A stretch of 64,000 nt of DNA, from the NCBI GenBank assembly GCA_903856085.1, contig CAIOAT010000044.1, positions 25,402-89,401 on the forward strand, in the 5' to 3' direction. Below, piece after piece: positions 11,893 through 22,230 of the stretch. How positions within the stretch are numbered: the stretch's first letter is position 1; each line of letters starts with the position of its first letter. The position numbers and the translations under genes are program-made. The notes below the pieces were generated by a model, which saw only the letters and a program-made list of their open reading frames with translations, did no database searches and was not told the origin of the DNA. Source of the stretch: Candidatus Omnitrophota bacterium. GTDB taxonomy: Bacteria > Omnitrophota > Omnitrophia > Omnitrophales > Aquincolibacteriaceae.

Positions 11893-12581
11893 ACTGGAGT
11901 TTGCTCCCCACGATCAGTGCGCCGATGCCGCTTCAAATGGCGCTTGATGAACTTCTCTTCGAATTACAAAAAAAAGAGCCTCAAGCTCCTTGCCTTCGAT
12001 TTTATTTCTCATCCGAACCTTGGATCAGCGTCGGTTGTTCGTTCCGGGAACCCGCAGATCTTTCGAAGTCGGATCTGATCCTGAAAAATCCAAGAGCGCC
12101 GATTTGTCACCGGATCACGGGAGGAGGCTGCGTGCTTCACGGCGGGGACCTGATCTTCTCGCTGACGGCACGGATGCAATCTGATCCTGAGAGACTTGGC
12201 TCTGTTCGAACCAGTTACGCGAAGATCCATGAGAGTGTTAGAATAGGTCTCCAAAGTTGTGGTCTTGATCCGAAATTCTACAGCAACAGCCAGGAGCTTC
12301 CGAAAGGGAATGATTGTTTTGACTTTCCCGTGGAAAGCGATTTGGCTTGGAATGGAAAAAAGATCGCGGGTGGCGCGCAGAAACGTTCCGAGGGCGTGCT
12401 TTTGCACCACGAATCGATCTTAACCCCGCCGGGCATTCATCGGGAGGATATGACCCGGGAGATCCGGAAAGCAGCGGAACAAGTGTTTGGAATATCCATC
12501 CGGAATGCGGATCTCGATCCGGGGATGTATTTTCAAGCTGAAACATTTAAAAAGACGGCAGTCCCAATTTCTGTCAATTGA
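11889..12581 (+). CDS. Lipoate-protein ligase / octanoyltransferase family protein (LplA/LipM-like)
   Basis: MALDE, RITGGGxVLH and KKIAGGAQKR motifs; adjacent to gcv genes. Confidence 0.88.
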   Translation: MNWSLLPTISAPMPLQMALDELLFELQKKEPQAPCLRFYFSSEPWISVGCSFREPADLSKSDLILKNPRAPICHRITGGGCVLHGGDLIFSLTARMQSDPERLGSVRTSYAKIHESVRIGLQSCGLDPKFYSNSQELPKGNDCFDFPVESDLAWNGKKIAGGAQKRSEGVLLHHESILTPPGIHREDMTREIRKAAEQVFGISIRNADLDPGMYFQAETFKKTAVPISVN

Positions 12582-12672
12582 GGCGAAGCGGGATTGGGGG
12601 GAGTTCTGAATAGCGTTGATTTAGAGAAAATGAAAGCCAGGACGGGCAGTAGCCTGTGGTTGGGTGGAGATT

Positions 12673-13047
12673 ATGGAAGAATCCAGCAGTTTTCTTAAAA
12701 AAATCGAAGACATTCTTGAAAAAGACCCGAGCTATAAGTTCGAGGCCTACACGTTTGTCCTGGCAGCGCTTCATGATACCGTGAGCGGGCTCAAAAAGCC
12801 GCGGCACATCACCGGCGGGGAACTTGCGTTGGGGATACGCAAATATGCGCTCGACCAATTTGGTCCGATGGCCCTGACGGTCCTTCATCACTGGGGGATA
12901 CGCAAGACGCTTGATTTCGGGAAGATCGTTTTTGCTTTGATCGACGTCAAGCTCTTGAGTAAGCAGCCCGAGGACAAGCTCGAAGATTTTGATAAGGTCT
13001 ACGAATTCGAGGAATCCTTCGGGAAATACAAGATCGAAGATGAATAA
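12673..13047 (+). CDS. PVC-restricted conserved protein (Minf_1886/TIGR04138-like)
   Basis: AYxFV, HITGxEL...ALDQFGPMALTVLHHWGI...DFGxIVF pattern; GGAG RBS before ATG 12673. Confidence 0.8.
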   Translation: MEESSSFLKKIEDILEKDPSYKFEAYTFVLAALHDTVSGLKKPRHITGGELALGIRKYALDQFGPMALTVLHHWGIRKTLDFGKIVFALIDVKLLSKQPEDKLEDFDKVYEFEESFGKYKIEDE

Positions 13048-13064
13048 TTTAAAGGAAGCCGTTC

Positions 13065-13124
13065 GTACGGTGTGCGGAGTGCGGCGCAAAAACGTCACGG
13101 TACATCGTACGCCACGCACCGTAC
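13065..13124. repeat. Imperfect palindromic element built of 7-bp-period units
   Basis: GTACGGTGTGCGGAGTGCGG ... TCGTACGCCACGCACCGTAC forms a hairpin; the left arm recurs inside pcrA at 14738-14762. Confidence 0.7.
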
Positions 13125-13136
13125 AAAGATCATAAA

Positions 13137-15284
13137 ATGAAAGACCTTTTAAGCGATTTGAATCCTGCACAGCGAGAGGCTGTCTCCTGGCCTCCAGTCC
13201 GGCCGTTGCTCATTCTGGCCGGGGCCGGAAGCGGGAAGACGCGCATTCTCACGCACCGGATTGCGTATCTGATCGAGCACGGCGTGCCGGCTTTTAATAT
13301 CCTCGGCGTTACGTTCACCAACAAGGCCGCTGCCGAAATGCGTAACCGCATTGAAAAACTTGTTTCCCAGCGGGTTTGGGTGAGTACTTTTCATTCCACC
13401 TGCCTCCGTATTCTTCGCCAGGATGGGCCCGCTATCGAACTCGACCGGAATTTCATTATCTACGACGAGTACGACCAACTTCAGGTCATCAAGGAATGCA
13501 TCGCGGAACTCAAGTTGAATGAAAAGGATGTGAATCCTAAAGCCGTGCGTGAGGAGATACAGCGTTCGAAAGATTATCTTGTTTTTCCTGCCCAGTATTT
13601 GGCGAAGGCGATGGATCTTTTTGGGGATTCTGCGGGAAAGGTTTATCAGCTTTATGAAACCCGGATGAAGCGTCTGAAGGCGTGTGATTTCGGAGACCTG
13701 ATCCTGAAAACCGTGGTGCTTTTTGATAAGCATCCCAAAGTTCTCAAGACGTGGCAGGATCGCTTCCAGCATATCCTGATCGATGAGTATCAGGACACGA
13801 ATCACGCACAGTACCGTTTTGTAAAACTTTTAGCTTCCGCCAGGCGCCAGATCACCGTCGTCGGAGACCCGGACCAGTCCATTTATGGATGGCGGGGGGC
13901 GGATATCAAGAACATTCTTAATTTTGAGGCTGATTACCCGGAATCCGGTGCGATCCGCATGGAACAGAATTACCGCTCCACACCCGTGATCCTCGATGCT
14001 GCGAACCATTTGATCAAGAACAACTCGATGCGCAAGCCCAAGGCGCTTTGGACCGAGCAAAAAGGCGGTGCAAAGATCGAGCTTTTTAACGCGGACGATG
14101 AGATCTCAGAGGGCAAGTATGCGGTTGGCAATATCCTGAAATATAAAACTCAGGGCCGCAGTTTTGCGGATCAGGTGATCTTTTACCGTGTTCACGCTCA
14201 GTCGCGTGTGATGGAAGAAGCTTTGATGCGTGCGAATATTCCCTACAAGATCGTGGGCGGGACGCGTTTCTACGACCGTAAGGAGATCAAGGATGTCATC
14301 GCCTATCTCCGGATCGTGGCATACCCTCATGATGAGATCAGCCTGAAGCGCGTGATCAATGTTCCGCCGCGAGGGATTGGGAAAAAGGCGATGGAAACAT
14401 TGGAAGCTGAAGCTCTCGGAAAGACCTGGGAAGAGGCGCTCCAAAATCTTTCGAATATCCAGGGATTGACCCCCAAGGTTCAAAAATCCCTTGGTGCCTT
14501 CTACGCGTGGCTTTCGAAACTCCGGAAAAAGCAGTGCGAGATGACGATCCATGAGATCCTCGAGAGGATCCTGGAGGATACGGGTTATGTGACGGCGCTC
14601 GAGGCTGAACGTACCCCGGAGGCTCAGGCTCGACTCGAGAATATCGAGGAGTTCTACAGCGTGATCGAGGACTTCATCGATAGAGCCGAGGACAGTCCTT
14701 CGACCACAGACCATAGAAAGCCAACGCTTCAAACGGAGTACGGCGTACGAAGTGCGGCGCAAGAGTCTCAAGATGCTTCGGATGCTGCGCGCGATTCCGT
14801 ACTTATGGGGTTTCTTGATTCCATTGAATTGGTGACGGATCTTGATGCATGGGACCAGGGGACGAATGTGCTGACGCTTATGACGCTTCATACGGCTAAG
14901 GGACTGGAATTTCCGATCGTTTTCATGGTTGGATTGGAAGAGGGGATATTTCCGCATGTGAATTCCTTTGTGGGGCCCTCCGACGAGATCGAGGAAGAGC
15001 GGCGGCTTTGTTATGTCGGTATCACGCGCGCGCGGGAAAAACTGCATCTTTCCTACGCCACCCAGCGGCGTATGTATGGGGCGACGCATCACAATCTTCC
15101 GTCGCGTTTTCTGACTGAAATTCCCGCCGGTCTCTATGATGTCCGCGCCATGCATTCCGCGGGCGGTTATCGGGATGAAGACGAAGACCAGTCACGGGAC
15201 GACCTTTCCATTCACGATCCGGACCCCGTCATCGAATTCGATGAGGACCCTCCGACCGCATCCTCCGGCCGCTATTCCCGTTGA
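13137..15284 (+). CDS. pcrA: ATP-dependent DNA helicase PcrA/UvrD
   Basis: AGAGSGKT, TFTNKAA, DEYQD, VGDPDQSIYGWRGA, QNYRS, TLHTAKGLEF and EERRLCYVGITRA motifs. Confidence 0.95.
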   Translation: MKDLLSDLNPAQREAVSWPPVRPLLILAGAGSGKTRILTHRIAYLIEHGVPAFNILGVTFTNKAAAEMRNRIEKLVSQRVWVSTFHSTCLRILRQDGPAIELDRNFIIYDEYDQLQVIKECIAELKLNEKDVNPKAVREEIQRSKDYLVFPAQYLAKAMDLFGDSAGKVYQLYETRMKRLKACDFGDLILKTVVLFDKHPKVLKTWQDRFQHILIDEYQDTNHAQYRFVKLLASARRQITVVGDPDQSIYGWRGADIKNILNFEADYPESGAIRMEQNYRSTPVILDAANHLIKNNSMRKPKALWTEQKGGAKIELFNADDEISEGKYAVGNILKYKTQGRSFADQVIFYRVHAQSRVMEEALMRANIPYKIVGGTRFYDRKEIKDVIAYLRIVAYPHDEISLKRVINVPPRGIGKKAMETLEAEALGKTWEEALQNLSNIQGLTPKVQKSLGAFYAWLSKLRKKQCEMTIHEILERILEDTGYVTALEAERTPEAQARLENIEEFYSVIEDFIDRAEDSPSTTDHRKPTLQTEYGVRSAAQESQDASDAARDSVLMGFLDSIELVTDLDAWDQGTNVLTLMTLHTAKGLEFPIVFMVGLEEGIFPHVNSFVGPSDEIEEERRLCYVGITRAREKLHLSYATQRRMYGATHHNLPSRFLTEIPAGLYDVRAMHSAGGYRDEDEDQSRDDLSIHDPDPVIEFDEDPPTASSGRYSR

Positions 15285-15356
15285 TTTCAGGTCCTTCGGG
15301 TTCTAGGTGGCAAAAAGCTGTTCCCAATAGAGAGTTTGGCCGCTAAAATGCCCGCA

Positions 15357-16169
15357 ATGAAGATTCACAAAGAGAAGGCACTCAGCTTCTGGGCAGAGCT
15401 TTTTTATTCCCTTGTCATGTGGGGCGGTACTATCTTCCTGACGATCCTTGCTTCGACTTTGGATATTGTCATCATTTTCCCGTTATCCCTTCTCTTTGAC
15501 CGGGGGACACGGCGGATGGTCCATCAGAACTCGATCTGGTGGGCACGGTCGATCATCGGGTTTAGTCCTATCTGGCGCATTCTCGTGACCGGCCGCGAGC
15601 ATCTTCAAAAAGGGAAGCATTACATTATTGTTGCTAATCATCAAAGCCTTCTGGATATTCTGGCAGTCTGTGCTGCGCTGCCGATCAATTTTAAATTCCT
15701 GGCCAAACGCGAACTTTTTCAAATCCCGCTCATGGGTTGGGGGATGGCGTCTGCAGGCTATATTCCAGTCGATCGTGCGAGTCACAGGAGCGGTCGGGAA
15801 GCCATGCAGCGGATCACCCGGGTTCTGAACATGGGTGTGAGCGTCCTTCTTTTTCCAGAAGGGACGCGTAGCCCGGACGGGAAGATCCATGCGTTCAAGA
15901 TGGGGGCTTTCAAGCTCGCGCGTGAAAATAGAGTTGAGATTCTTCCGGTCGTGGTTGATGGAACCGGGCAGGCGCTTCCGAAGAATTCGTGGCTTATCAA
16001 AAAGAAGAGCGCCTTCATCGTCTCGATTGGAAAGCCGGTATCGCTTGAAGATTTCGCGGATAGCTCCATGGATGAAGCCAAAGAAAAGATTCGCCACGAG
16101 ATGATCGGGCGCTTGGAGCATATAAGACACGGATCGGTTCAGAAAGAAAAAGTTGTCGGAAACGGGTAA
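15357..16169 (+). CDS. plsC: 1-acyl-sn-glycerol-3-phosphate acyltransferase
   Basis: NHQSLLD and FPEGTRS motifs; start uncertain (15336/15348/15357). Confidence 0.9.
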   Translation: MKIHKEKALSFWAELFYSLVMWGGTIFLTILASTLDIVIIFPLSLLFDRGTRRMVHQNSIWWARSIIGFSPIWRILVTGREHLQKGKHYIIVANHQSLLDILAVCAALPINFKFLAKRELFQIPLMGWGMASAGYIPVDRASHRSGREAMQRITRVLNMGVSVLLFPEGTRSPDGKIHAFKMGAFKLARENRVEILPVVVDGTGQALPKNSWLIKKKSAFIVSIGKPVSLEDFADSSMDEAKEKIRHEMIGRLEHIRHGSVQKEKVVGNG

Positions 16170-16226
16170 CGGAAAATCTTTTTTCGTTGTGCGTTCCTCG
16201 CAAGCATTTCCCAGAGGATTTCCATT

Positions 16227-16964
16227 ATGAAAATACTAACATTAAATACCTGGCAGGAGCGCGGCCCGTGGCGTGAACGGTGGGAGCTTATCTTTCGCGG
16301 ACTCAAGGTTTATGACGCTGATATTGTCGGGTTTCAAGAAGTTTTTAACATGGAATGGGCCGAGGAGATCCAGAAGCGGAGCGGATATCCCTACCTTGCG
16401 GTCAGCGGCGAGCATTCAGGCCTGATATTCCTTTCGAAATTCAAACCCGTTGAACAAGAGTGCCTGGTAATGAAGGCCAAGTCGGCGACGGAGGATTATC
16501 TCCGCTATGTTTTTTATATCAGGGTCGATAGGGACGGGGAGGAGATCGCATTTTTTAACACGCATCTTTCGTGGCGGGCGGATGAGAACGATGTTCGCAT
16601 GAAGCAGACGCTGGAACTTGAGGTGTTCGTGAATCAAAAGATGGGCGACTTTCCTGCGGCGGTCATGGGGGATTTCAACGGTGCCGCTAACACACCGCCG
16701 GTGGTCTACCTCCGGGAGATCCGCAAGTGGATCGATACGTTTTGGGCCAAAAATCCTGGAGATTTTGGGCTCACCTGGGATTATCGGAATCCTTATGCGG
16801 AAGCGGAGCGAGAGAAAATGGCTGAACGGCGCATCGATTATATTTTTATTCGTGAGAAAATCGGGGCCTTTGCAAAGATAGGAGCCTCACGCGTGGTGTT
16901 TAACGAACCGTCCCCTGAAGGCGTCTGGCCGTCGGATCATTTTGGGGTGATGACGCAATTTTAA
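16227..16964 (+). CDS. Endonuclease/exonuclease/phosphatase family protein
   Basis: LTLN, FQEV, NTHL, GDFN, RIDYIF and SDH motifs. Confidence 0.9.
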   Translation: MKILTLNTWQERGPWRERWELIFRGLKVYDADIVGFQEVFNMEWAEEIQKRSGYPYLAVSGEHSGLIFLSKFKPVEQECLVMKAKSATEDYLRYVFYIRVDRDGEEIAFFNTHLSWRADENDVRMKQTLELEVFVNQKMGDFPAAVMGDFNGAANTPPVVYLREIRKWIDTFWAKNPGDFGLTWDYRNPYAEAEREKMAERRIDYIFIREKIGAFAKIGASRVVFNEPSPEGVWPSDHFGVMTQF

Positions 16965-16970
16965 GGTGGG

Positions 16971-18095
16971 ATGAGAACTATGGCCGATAAAGAGAAAGCA
17001 AAGGAATACCAGGAAATAAGACGAAAGCTGACGCTTTTCCAGCTTATCTTGACGCCTGCACTTCTCGGGATCCTGATTGCAAGCGGATGGACTTTTGGGA
17101 TGCGCCAGAATGCCGTTGCTTTTGCCGGGGGAAGTGACTGGGGCGTTGTGGCGGTCTATTTTATTCTGTTCTCACTCTTTTTTCTGGTTTTTGACCTGCC
17201 ACTTTCATTCTATTCGGGATTTTTTCTTGAGCATCAGTTCGGCCTCTCGAATCAAAATTTTAGCCAGTGGCTTATGGAACTCCTGAAGAAAACGCTTCTT
17301 TCGTTCGCGCTGTCGTTAGGGCTTCTAGAATGCCTTTACTGGATCATCCGTGTCGACCCTGCGCATTGGTGGTTTTGGTCGTGGGCGGCCTACGCTTTCG
17401 TGAGTTATATCCTCGGGAAGGTCTTTCCTGTCGTGATCGTGCCGCTCTTTTATAAGTATGGTAGGCTTGAAGATAAAGAGTTAGAGACGAAGGTCCTGAA
17501 GCTTGCCTCGCGGTTTGAAATGCCGGTCGGGAACGTCTATGCGCTCAATTTGAGCAAGACGACCAAAAAGGCGAACGCGGCATTCATGGGGATTGGGAGG
17601 ACCAAACGAGTGGTTCTAAGCGATACATTGATTGAAAACTTTACACACGTCGAGGTGGAGGTGGTCGTAGCTCATGAGCTGGGGCACTACAAGCACCACG
17701 ATGTTTGGCGGCTTCTGTCGTTTGGCCTCGTGGCTTCGCTCATCGCGTTTGCCACTGGATTTTTTGGAATGAATGCACTTGCGTCGGCGTTGTTGCTTGG
17801 TTCTACAGCCGATGTGGCCGGTTTGCCGTTGCTTTTTCTGATCTTCTATGTTGTCAACCTTATCCTGATGCCGCTCATGAATGGTTATTCCAGGCGTCGC
17901 GAGTGGGCGGCGGATATTTTTGCATTGAAGGCGCTCGAAACCCCGGAAACTTTTATTTCGTGTATGGAAAAACTTGGCGAGCAGAACCTCGCGGACCCGG
18001 AGCCGCCGGCATGGTATGAGTGGTTCTTTTACGACCACCCGTCGATCGTTAAGCGGATTGAAATGGCAAAAAATTGGAAAACGGATATCGGATGA
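16971..18095 (+). CDS. M48 family (Ste24-like) membrane metallopeptidase
   Basis: Multiple TM helices, NAAFMG, HELGH, ExxAD and YDHP motifs. Confidence 0.92.
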   Translation: MRTMADKEKAKEYQEIRRKLTLFQLILTPALLGILIASGWTFGMRQNAVAFAGGSDWGVVAVYFILFSLFFLVFDLPLSFYSGFFLEHQFGLSNQNFSQWLMELLKKTLLSFALSLGLLECLYWIIRVDPAHWWFWSWAAYAFVSYILGKVFPVVIVPLFYKYGRLEDKELETKVLKLASRFEMPVGNVYALNLSKTTKKANAAFMGIGRTKRVVLSDTLIENFTHVEVEVVVAHELGHYKHHDVWRLLSFGLVASLIAFATGFFGMNALASALLLGSTADVAGLPLLFLIFYVVNLILMPLMNGYSRRREWAADIFALKALETPETFISCMEKLGEQNLADPEPPAWYEWFFYDHPSIVKRIEMAKNWKTDIG

Positions 18096-19273
18096 TGGCG
18101 GATGTATTGAAGCTGGATCGTACAAAACCAAAAACAAAAGTTTTGTCGTCGTCCTGCACTCTGTGTTCTGCAGCCTTTGGCCTTCTTTTCCTGGCTTTAT
18201 GTTTTTTGTTTAGCGTTAGTGCCTACGCAGCGGTCAACGATGATGATCGCGGCAAAGAGGCTGTCGAACGCCGGCAAAAGATCGATATCGAAAGGTTCTA
18301 CGCAGGGAACGGCGGGAGTGTCCCGATGACGCCTATGGCAATCGAGCTTTACAACGACGCGGTCAAGTTCTTCGAGAAGAGTGAATTCGAGCTCGCTCGT
18401 GACGCGCTCCATGAATCGCTCTCGCTGGAACCCCGCAATGCTTTGGCCCTGGAACTTTTGGGCGAGATTGAAAATCTCCAGCAGAATTTCAAGGGGGCTG
18501 AAAATTATTATAAACAAAGCTATCTCGTAAACCCTTCGCCGCGCGTGCGTCAGAAGATCGAACAACTCCAAAAAGAGAATTCCGTCGAAAAAAATCTGGA
18601 TACTGACGACGAAGAGCACTTCATTATTAAGTACCGGAAGGGTGAACAGGGCTACGAAGGCTATTGGCTGAAGAATCTCTTGAGGGAAGCGTATCGCCAG
18701 ATTTCGCAGGATTTTGGGTCTTATTTTAATCATAAGACGGCAGTGCTTTTTTATAGCGGTAATGAGTTCCACGATGTGACGGGGCAGTCCCTGTGGATCG
18801 GCGGGCTCTATGACGGAAAAATACGGCTTCCGGCCTATCACCAGGGTTTTAGAGAGCTTGACCTGCGTGCGGCTGCGGTTCACGAAATGACGCATGCGTT
18901 CGTAGCTTTCCTGAGCGGCATGCGCGCTCCGGCCTGGATTCACGAAGGCTTGGCCGAATATGAACAGAATAAGGTCCAGCCGGTGGACACGGCTGTTTTC
19001 GCCGAGGCCGTTCGGACGAAAGCGCTCATGCCGATGAGCCGGTTACTTTCCGAGAATTTGCAAATAGACAAGATGGATCCTCTGGAGGTCGCGCTTTTTT
19101 ATCAAGAGGTTTTTGCACTTGTCAGCTATATGGTTGAGCGTTTTCAGATGTATCGTATGAAAGAAATCCTTTTGAAGTTCAAGGAAGGGAAACCCGCGGA
19201 ACAGGCGATCGAGGAAGAGCTTGGAATCTCAACCTCACAATTGGAGAATGAATGGCTCGCCACGATAAAATAA
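18074..19273 (+). CDS. Exported TPR protein with MA-clan metallopeptidase domain
   Basis: Signal-like segment ending AYA, TPR helices, GGLYDGKIR, HEMTH and WIHEGLAEY motifs; start uncertain. Confidence 0.8.
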   Translation: MENGYRMMADVLKLDRTKPKTKVLSSSCTLCSAAFGLLFLALCFLFSVSAYAAVNDDDRGKEAVERRQKIDIERFYAGNGGSVPMTPMAIELYNDAVKFFEKSEFELARDALHESLSLEPRNALALELLGEIENLQQNFKGAENYYKQSYLVNPSPRVRQKIEQLQKENSVEKNLDTDDEEHFIIKYRKGEQGYEGYWLKNLLREAYRQISQDFGSYFNHKTAVLFYSGNEFHDVTGQSLWIGGLYDGKIRLPAYHQGFRELDLRAAAVHEMTHAFVAFLSGMRAPAWIHEGLAEYEQNKVQPVDTAVFAEAVRTKALMPMSRLLSENLQIDKMDPLEVALFYQEVFALVSYMVERFQMYRMKEILLKFKEGKPAEQAIEEELGISTSQLENEWLATIK

Positions 19274-20274
19274 AAACCCCGGCAAGGACGGGTCGATCCT
19301 CCACGCGCCAGGTGTGTGGAATACTTTCTCGGGGTGTGAAAGCGGTGAGGGATATCAGGACGGCCGGGCCGTTTTGTTATCGGTACCGGTTGGACGACGC
19401 GGAGCTTCTGGTGTCAGTTAAGGCGCTCGGGGTTCTGATGCCTGTCGTTGTGACGAATGACGAGCGTCCTGTCGTGATTGCGGGCCACAAACGCTTCCAT
19501 GCGGCACAGGTCTTGAAGATGAAGGAAATTCCTGTGCTTGTGACAGCGGAAATGGAGTCGAAAGACGCATTTCTTTTGAATCTCGTTTCTAACTGGAAAC
19601 AAGGAGTCTCCGACATGGACCGGGCCCGGGCGATTGGGATGGCGGTTCGGGAATTCCATTTTAAAGAGAAGGAACTTTTTTCGATGGTGATGCCCCTTCT
19701 CGGGCTTTCGGAAGATAAGGCTGTGCTGGAGTTTTACCAAAAGGCCGATCAATTTCCACGGTCGTTCAAGGACCTTGTGGAAGACGGGCAGTTACCCCTC
19801 CGAGGGGTCCCGTCTTTTTTAAAATTTTCGGGGGATGACCAGGATTATTTCGCCAAAAATATCGGGATGAAAGTGAAATTGACAAGTTCTCAGCTGCTTC
19901 AGGCCGGAGAATGGCTGTTGGATCTCATGAAGGGGACGGGGAAATGCCTCCGGGAGCTTTGCAAGGAGCATGGGATCCTTGCGAAGTTGGACATGCGCGG
20001 CATGGACCCGCGCACTAAGGCGGATCGGTTCTTTGCTCGCGTCAAGCGGTTGCGTTTTCCGGGATATTCGCTTTATCTCGAAGCATTCGAAGAGCGACGG
20101 GCGGATATCCTTCGCGATGCCAAAGAGCTCCGGCTGGAGCCTGTCCAGGGGTTTGAAGAGCCCGGATTTGAACTCCACGCGCGTGTGAAAAGCCCGGGGG
20201 AACTCGATCGACTTCTCCAGAAACTTTCGGTGAAGCGTTCTTCACTTAACTCGTTGTTTGAAATTGTGTTGTGA
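19252..20274 (+). CDS. ParB/Srx N-terminal domain protein
   Basis: SVKALGVLMPVVV...VIAGHKRFHAA ParB-like motif; no adjacent parA. Confidence 0.7.
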   Translation: MARHDKIKTPARTGRSSTRQVCGILSRGVKAVRDIRTAGPFCYRYRLDDAELLVSVKALGVLMPVVVTNDERPVVIAGHKRFHAAQVLKMKEIPVLVTAEMESKDAFLLNLVSNWKQGVSDMDRARAIGMAVREFHFKEKELFSMVMPLLGLSEDKAVLEFYQKADQFPRSFKDLVEDGQLPLRGVPSFLKFSGDDQDYFAKNIGMKVKLTSSQLLQAGEWLLDLMKGTGKCLRELCKEHGILAKLDMRGMDPRTKADRFFARVKRLRFPGYSLYLEAFEERRADILRDAKELRLEPVQGFEEPGFELHARVKSPGELDRLLQKLSVKRSSLNSLFEIVL

Positions 20275-20307
20275 TTCCTATACAATACCCGCTTCAGTGA
20301 CCCTTAT

Positions 20308-22230
20308 ATGAGAAAAATCCTTTTAGCGACAATCATCCTTTGGGGCGTTATGGCCCCATCCCTCCAGGCCGAGGAAGTTCGTGTGTCTGCCAGCCTGAAC
20401 AAGCGTGTAGTGCAGGTGGGAGAAGAGGTGCGTCTTAATATCCGGATTTCCGGGGCAAACACAAACCTTCAGGCGCCACGTCTCGCGCAGCTCGCGGGCG
20501 TTGAAGCTTACTACACCGGTCGCGCTTCGCATATCGCGTTCGTTAACGGGGTTTCTTCCTCAAATGTTGAATTTAACTACACGTTGATTCCACGGGCGAT
20601 CGGTCATTTTACGCTGAATCCCATTGACGTGCAGGTGGGACAGAGTGTGTTCCAGACGGAAGCGCTTGAGATCGAAGTATCGGGAGGCCAAAGCCAGGCG
20701 GTGGGGTCCCAGTCCCAGGGGCCAGCACAGCGTGTTCCGTCGCAGTCCCAGATGCCACCCTCGGTGCCCCAGGCCGTTCCCCAGGATCAGGTTTTTTCGG
20801 CGTCTCCTGGCACGGATGACAATATTTTTGTCCAGGCGGTGGTCGACCGAAAGACGCTCTACCAAAACGAGCAGATGCTTCTAACCTATTCGCTTTACAC
20901 TCGTTATGACACGCGCTATGAGGGATTCGACAAAGAGCCCGAAACAAGCGGGTTCTGGATTGAGGAATTTCCGATGGTGGACCGGGATGTTCCTCGTGAG
21001 ACGGTTCGCATGAACGGCAAGCGCTACGTCAAGGCGGATGTGAAAAAGCTAGCACTTTTCCCGACCGCTCCCGGTAATTACACGATCCAACCCGGGACTC
21101 TCAAGGTCTCGATCCGCGAGGAACCGCAAGGGTCGAATGCTTTCGATGAATTTTTTAGCGATAGTTTTTTTACGGGGGGTGCTTTTTTCGCGCGGAGACA
21201 GAATCGTTTGCTCGTGCCTCCTCCGATTCAGCTTGTCGTGAAGCCGTTGCCCGAGAATGGAAAACCGGCAAGCTTCCAGGGTGCGGTGGGGGCCTTCCGT
21301 CTTTCGGCGACGATCGATAAAGATAAAGTGAAACAGAATGAGCCTGTGACGCTCAAAATGGTTATCGAGGGCGAAGGGAATATCGAGACGATTACGCGGC
21401 CGAAGGTTCCGGTGCTTACGGGTTTTAAGACCTATGATGCGGACACTAATTCCAAACTTTTTCAGGCCGAGAATGTGATTGGGGGCACGAAGAGTTTCGA
21501 GATTGTTTTTATTCCCAAGGAGGAGGGGAGTTCTTTTGTTCCCCCGATCGAGTTCAGCTTCTTTGACCCCCGTCAGGAAAAGTATGTGACCTTGAAAACT
21601 CCGAATTTTCCGATACAGGTGGAGCATTCAGATCAGAATTTCCAGATGCCACAGGAGCTTGCTGGAAATGCCATTTTTCAAAAACAGGTAAAGTCGGAAG
21701 GGAAAGACATCCGTTATATCGACGAAAAAGTTCCCGAAGCCTTTTCGGCTCACGCTGTGGATTGGATCTATACGATCCTTCTATGGGGTGACCTGCTCCT
21801 CTTGGCGTTCCTGCTGCTACTTTGGATGAAGGACCGCCAGGACCGTCTTTTTTCAAAAGACCAGGCGCTGCGGCGGCGGAAGACGGCTCGAGGGGCGGCG
21901 TCGGCCAACATGAATAGACTTAAAAAACTTGCGCATTCCTCAAAAGAAGAGGATGACGTGGCCTTTTTCGTGGAGCTTGAAAAGGCCATGATCCAGTATC
22001 TCGCGGACAAATGGAATCTTTCGACCTACGGGGTGACACGACAGGACTTGGAAGAGACTCTCACAGCGCATTTCGGCGCGGAGGACGCACATCTGAAAGA
22101 CGTATTTGAGCTTTACCGGCTTTGTGATGAATCTCGTTTTGGTAAAGGTTCGGTCCCTCAGGCGTCAAAAAAAATCGGGCTCAAGATCTTTCAAGATACT
22201 GTGAACAGGATCGAGAGGATGCGAAAATGA
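20308..22230 (+). CDS. batD: BatD family protein
   Basis: Signal peptide, repeated Ig-like segments, FQGAVGAF, GEGN and FSFFDP motifs, C-terminal TM helix. Confidence 0.85.
   Translation: MRKILLATIILWGVMAPSLQAEEVRVSASLNKRVVQVGEEVRLNIRISGANTNLQAPRLAQLAGVEAYYTGRASHIAFVNGVSSSNVEFNYTLIPRAIGHFTLNPIDVQVGQSVFQTEALEIEVSGGQSQAVGSQSQGPAQRVPSQSQMPPSVPQAVPQDQVFSASPGTDDNIFVQAVVDRKTLYQNEQMLLTYSLYTRYDTRYEGFDKEPETSGFWIEEFPMVDRDVPRETVRMNGKRYVKADVKKLALFPTAPGNYTIQPGTLKVSIREEPQGSNAFDEFFSDSFFTGGAFFARRQNRLLVPPPIQLVVKPLPENGKPASFQGAVGAFRLSATIDKDKVKQNEPVTLKMVIEGEGNIETITRPKVPVLTGFKTYDADTNSKLFQAENVIGGTKSFEIVFIPKEEGSSFVPPIEFSFFDPRQEKYVTLKTPNFPIQVEHSDQNFQMPQELAGNAIFQKQVKSEGKDIRYIDEKVPEAFSAHAVDWIYTILLWGDLLLLAFLLLLWMKDRQDRLFSKDQALRRRKTARGAASANMNRLKKLAHSSKEEDDVAFFVELEKAMIQYLADKWNLSTYGVTRQDLEETLTAHFGAEDAHLKDVFELYRLCDESRFGKGSVPQASKKIGLKIFQDTVNRIERMRK

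Noticed and set aside
14106-15155. 349-aa minus-strand ORF, and similar ones at 3695-4645, 22260-23045 and 39431-40186
   Set aside because: Antisense to well-supported conserved genes, with no recognisable motifs
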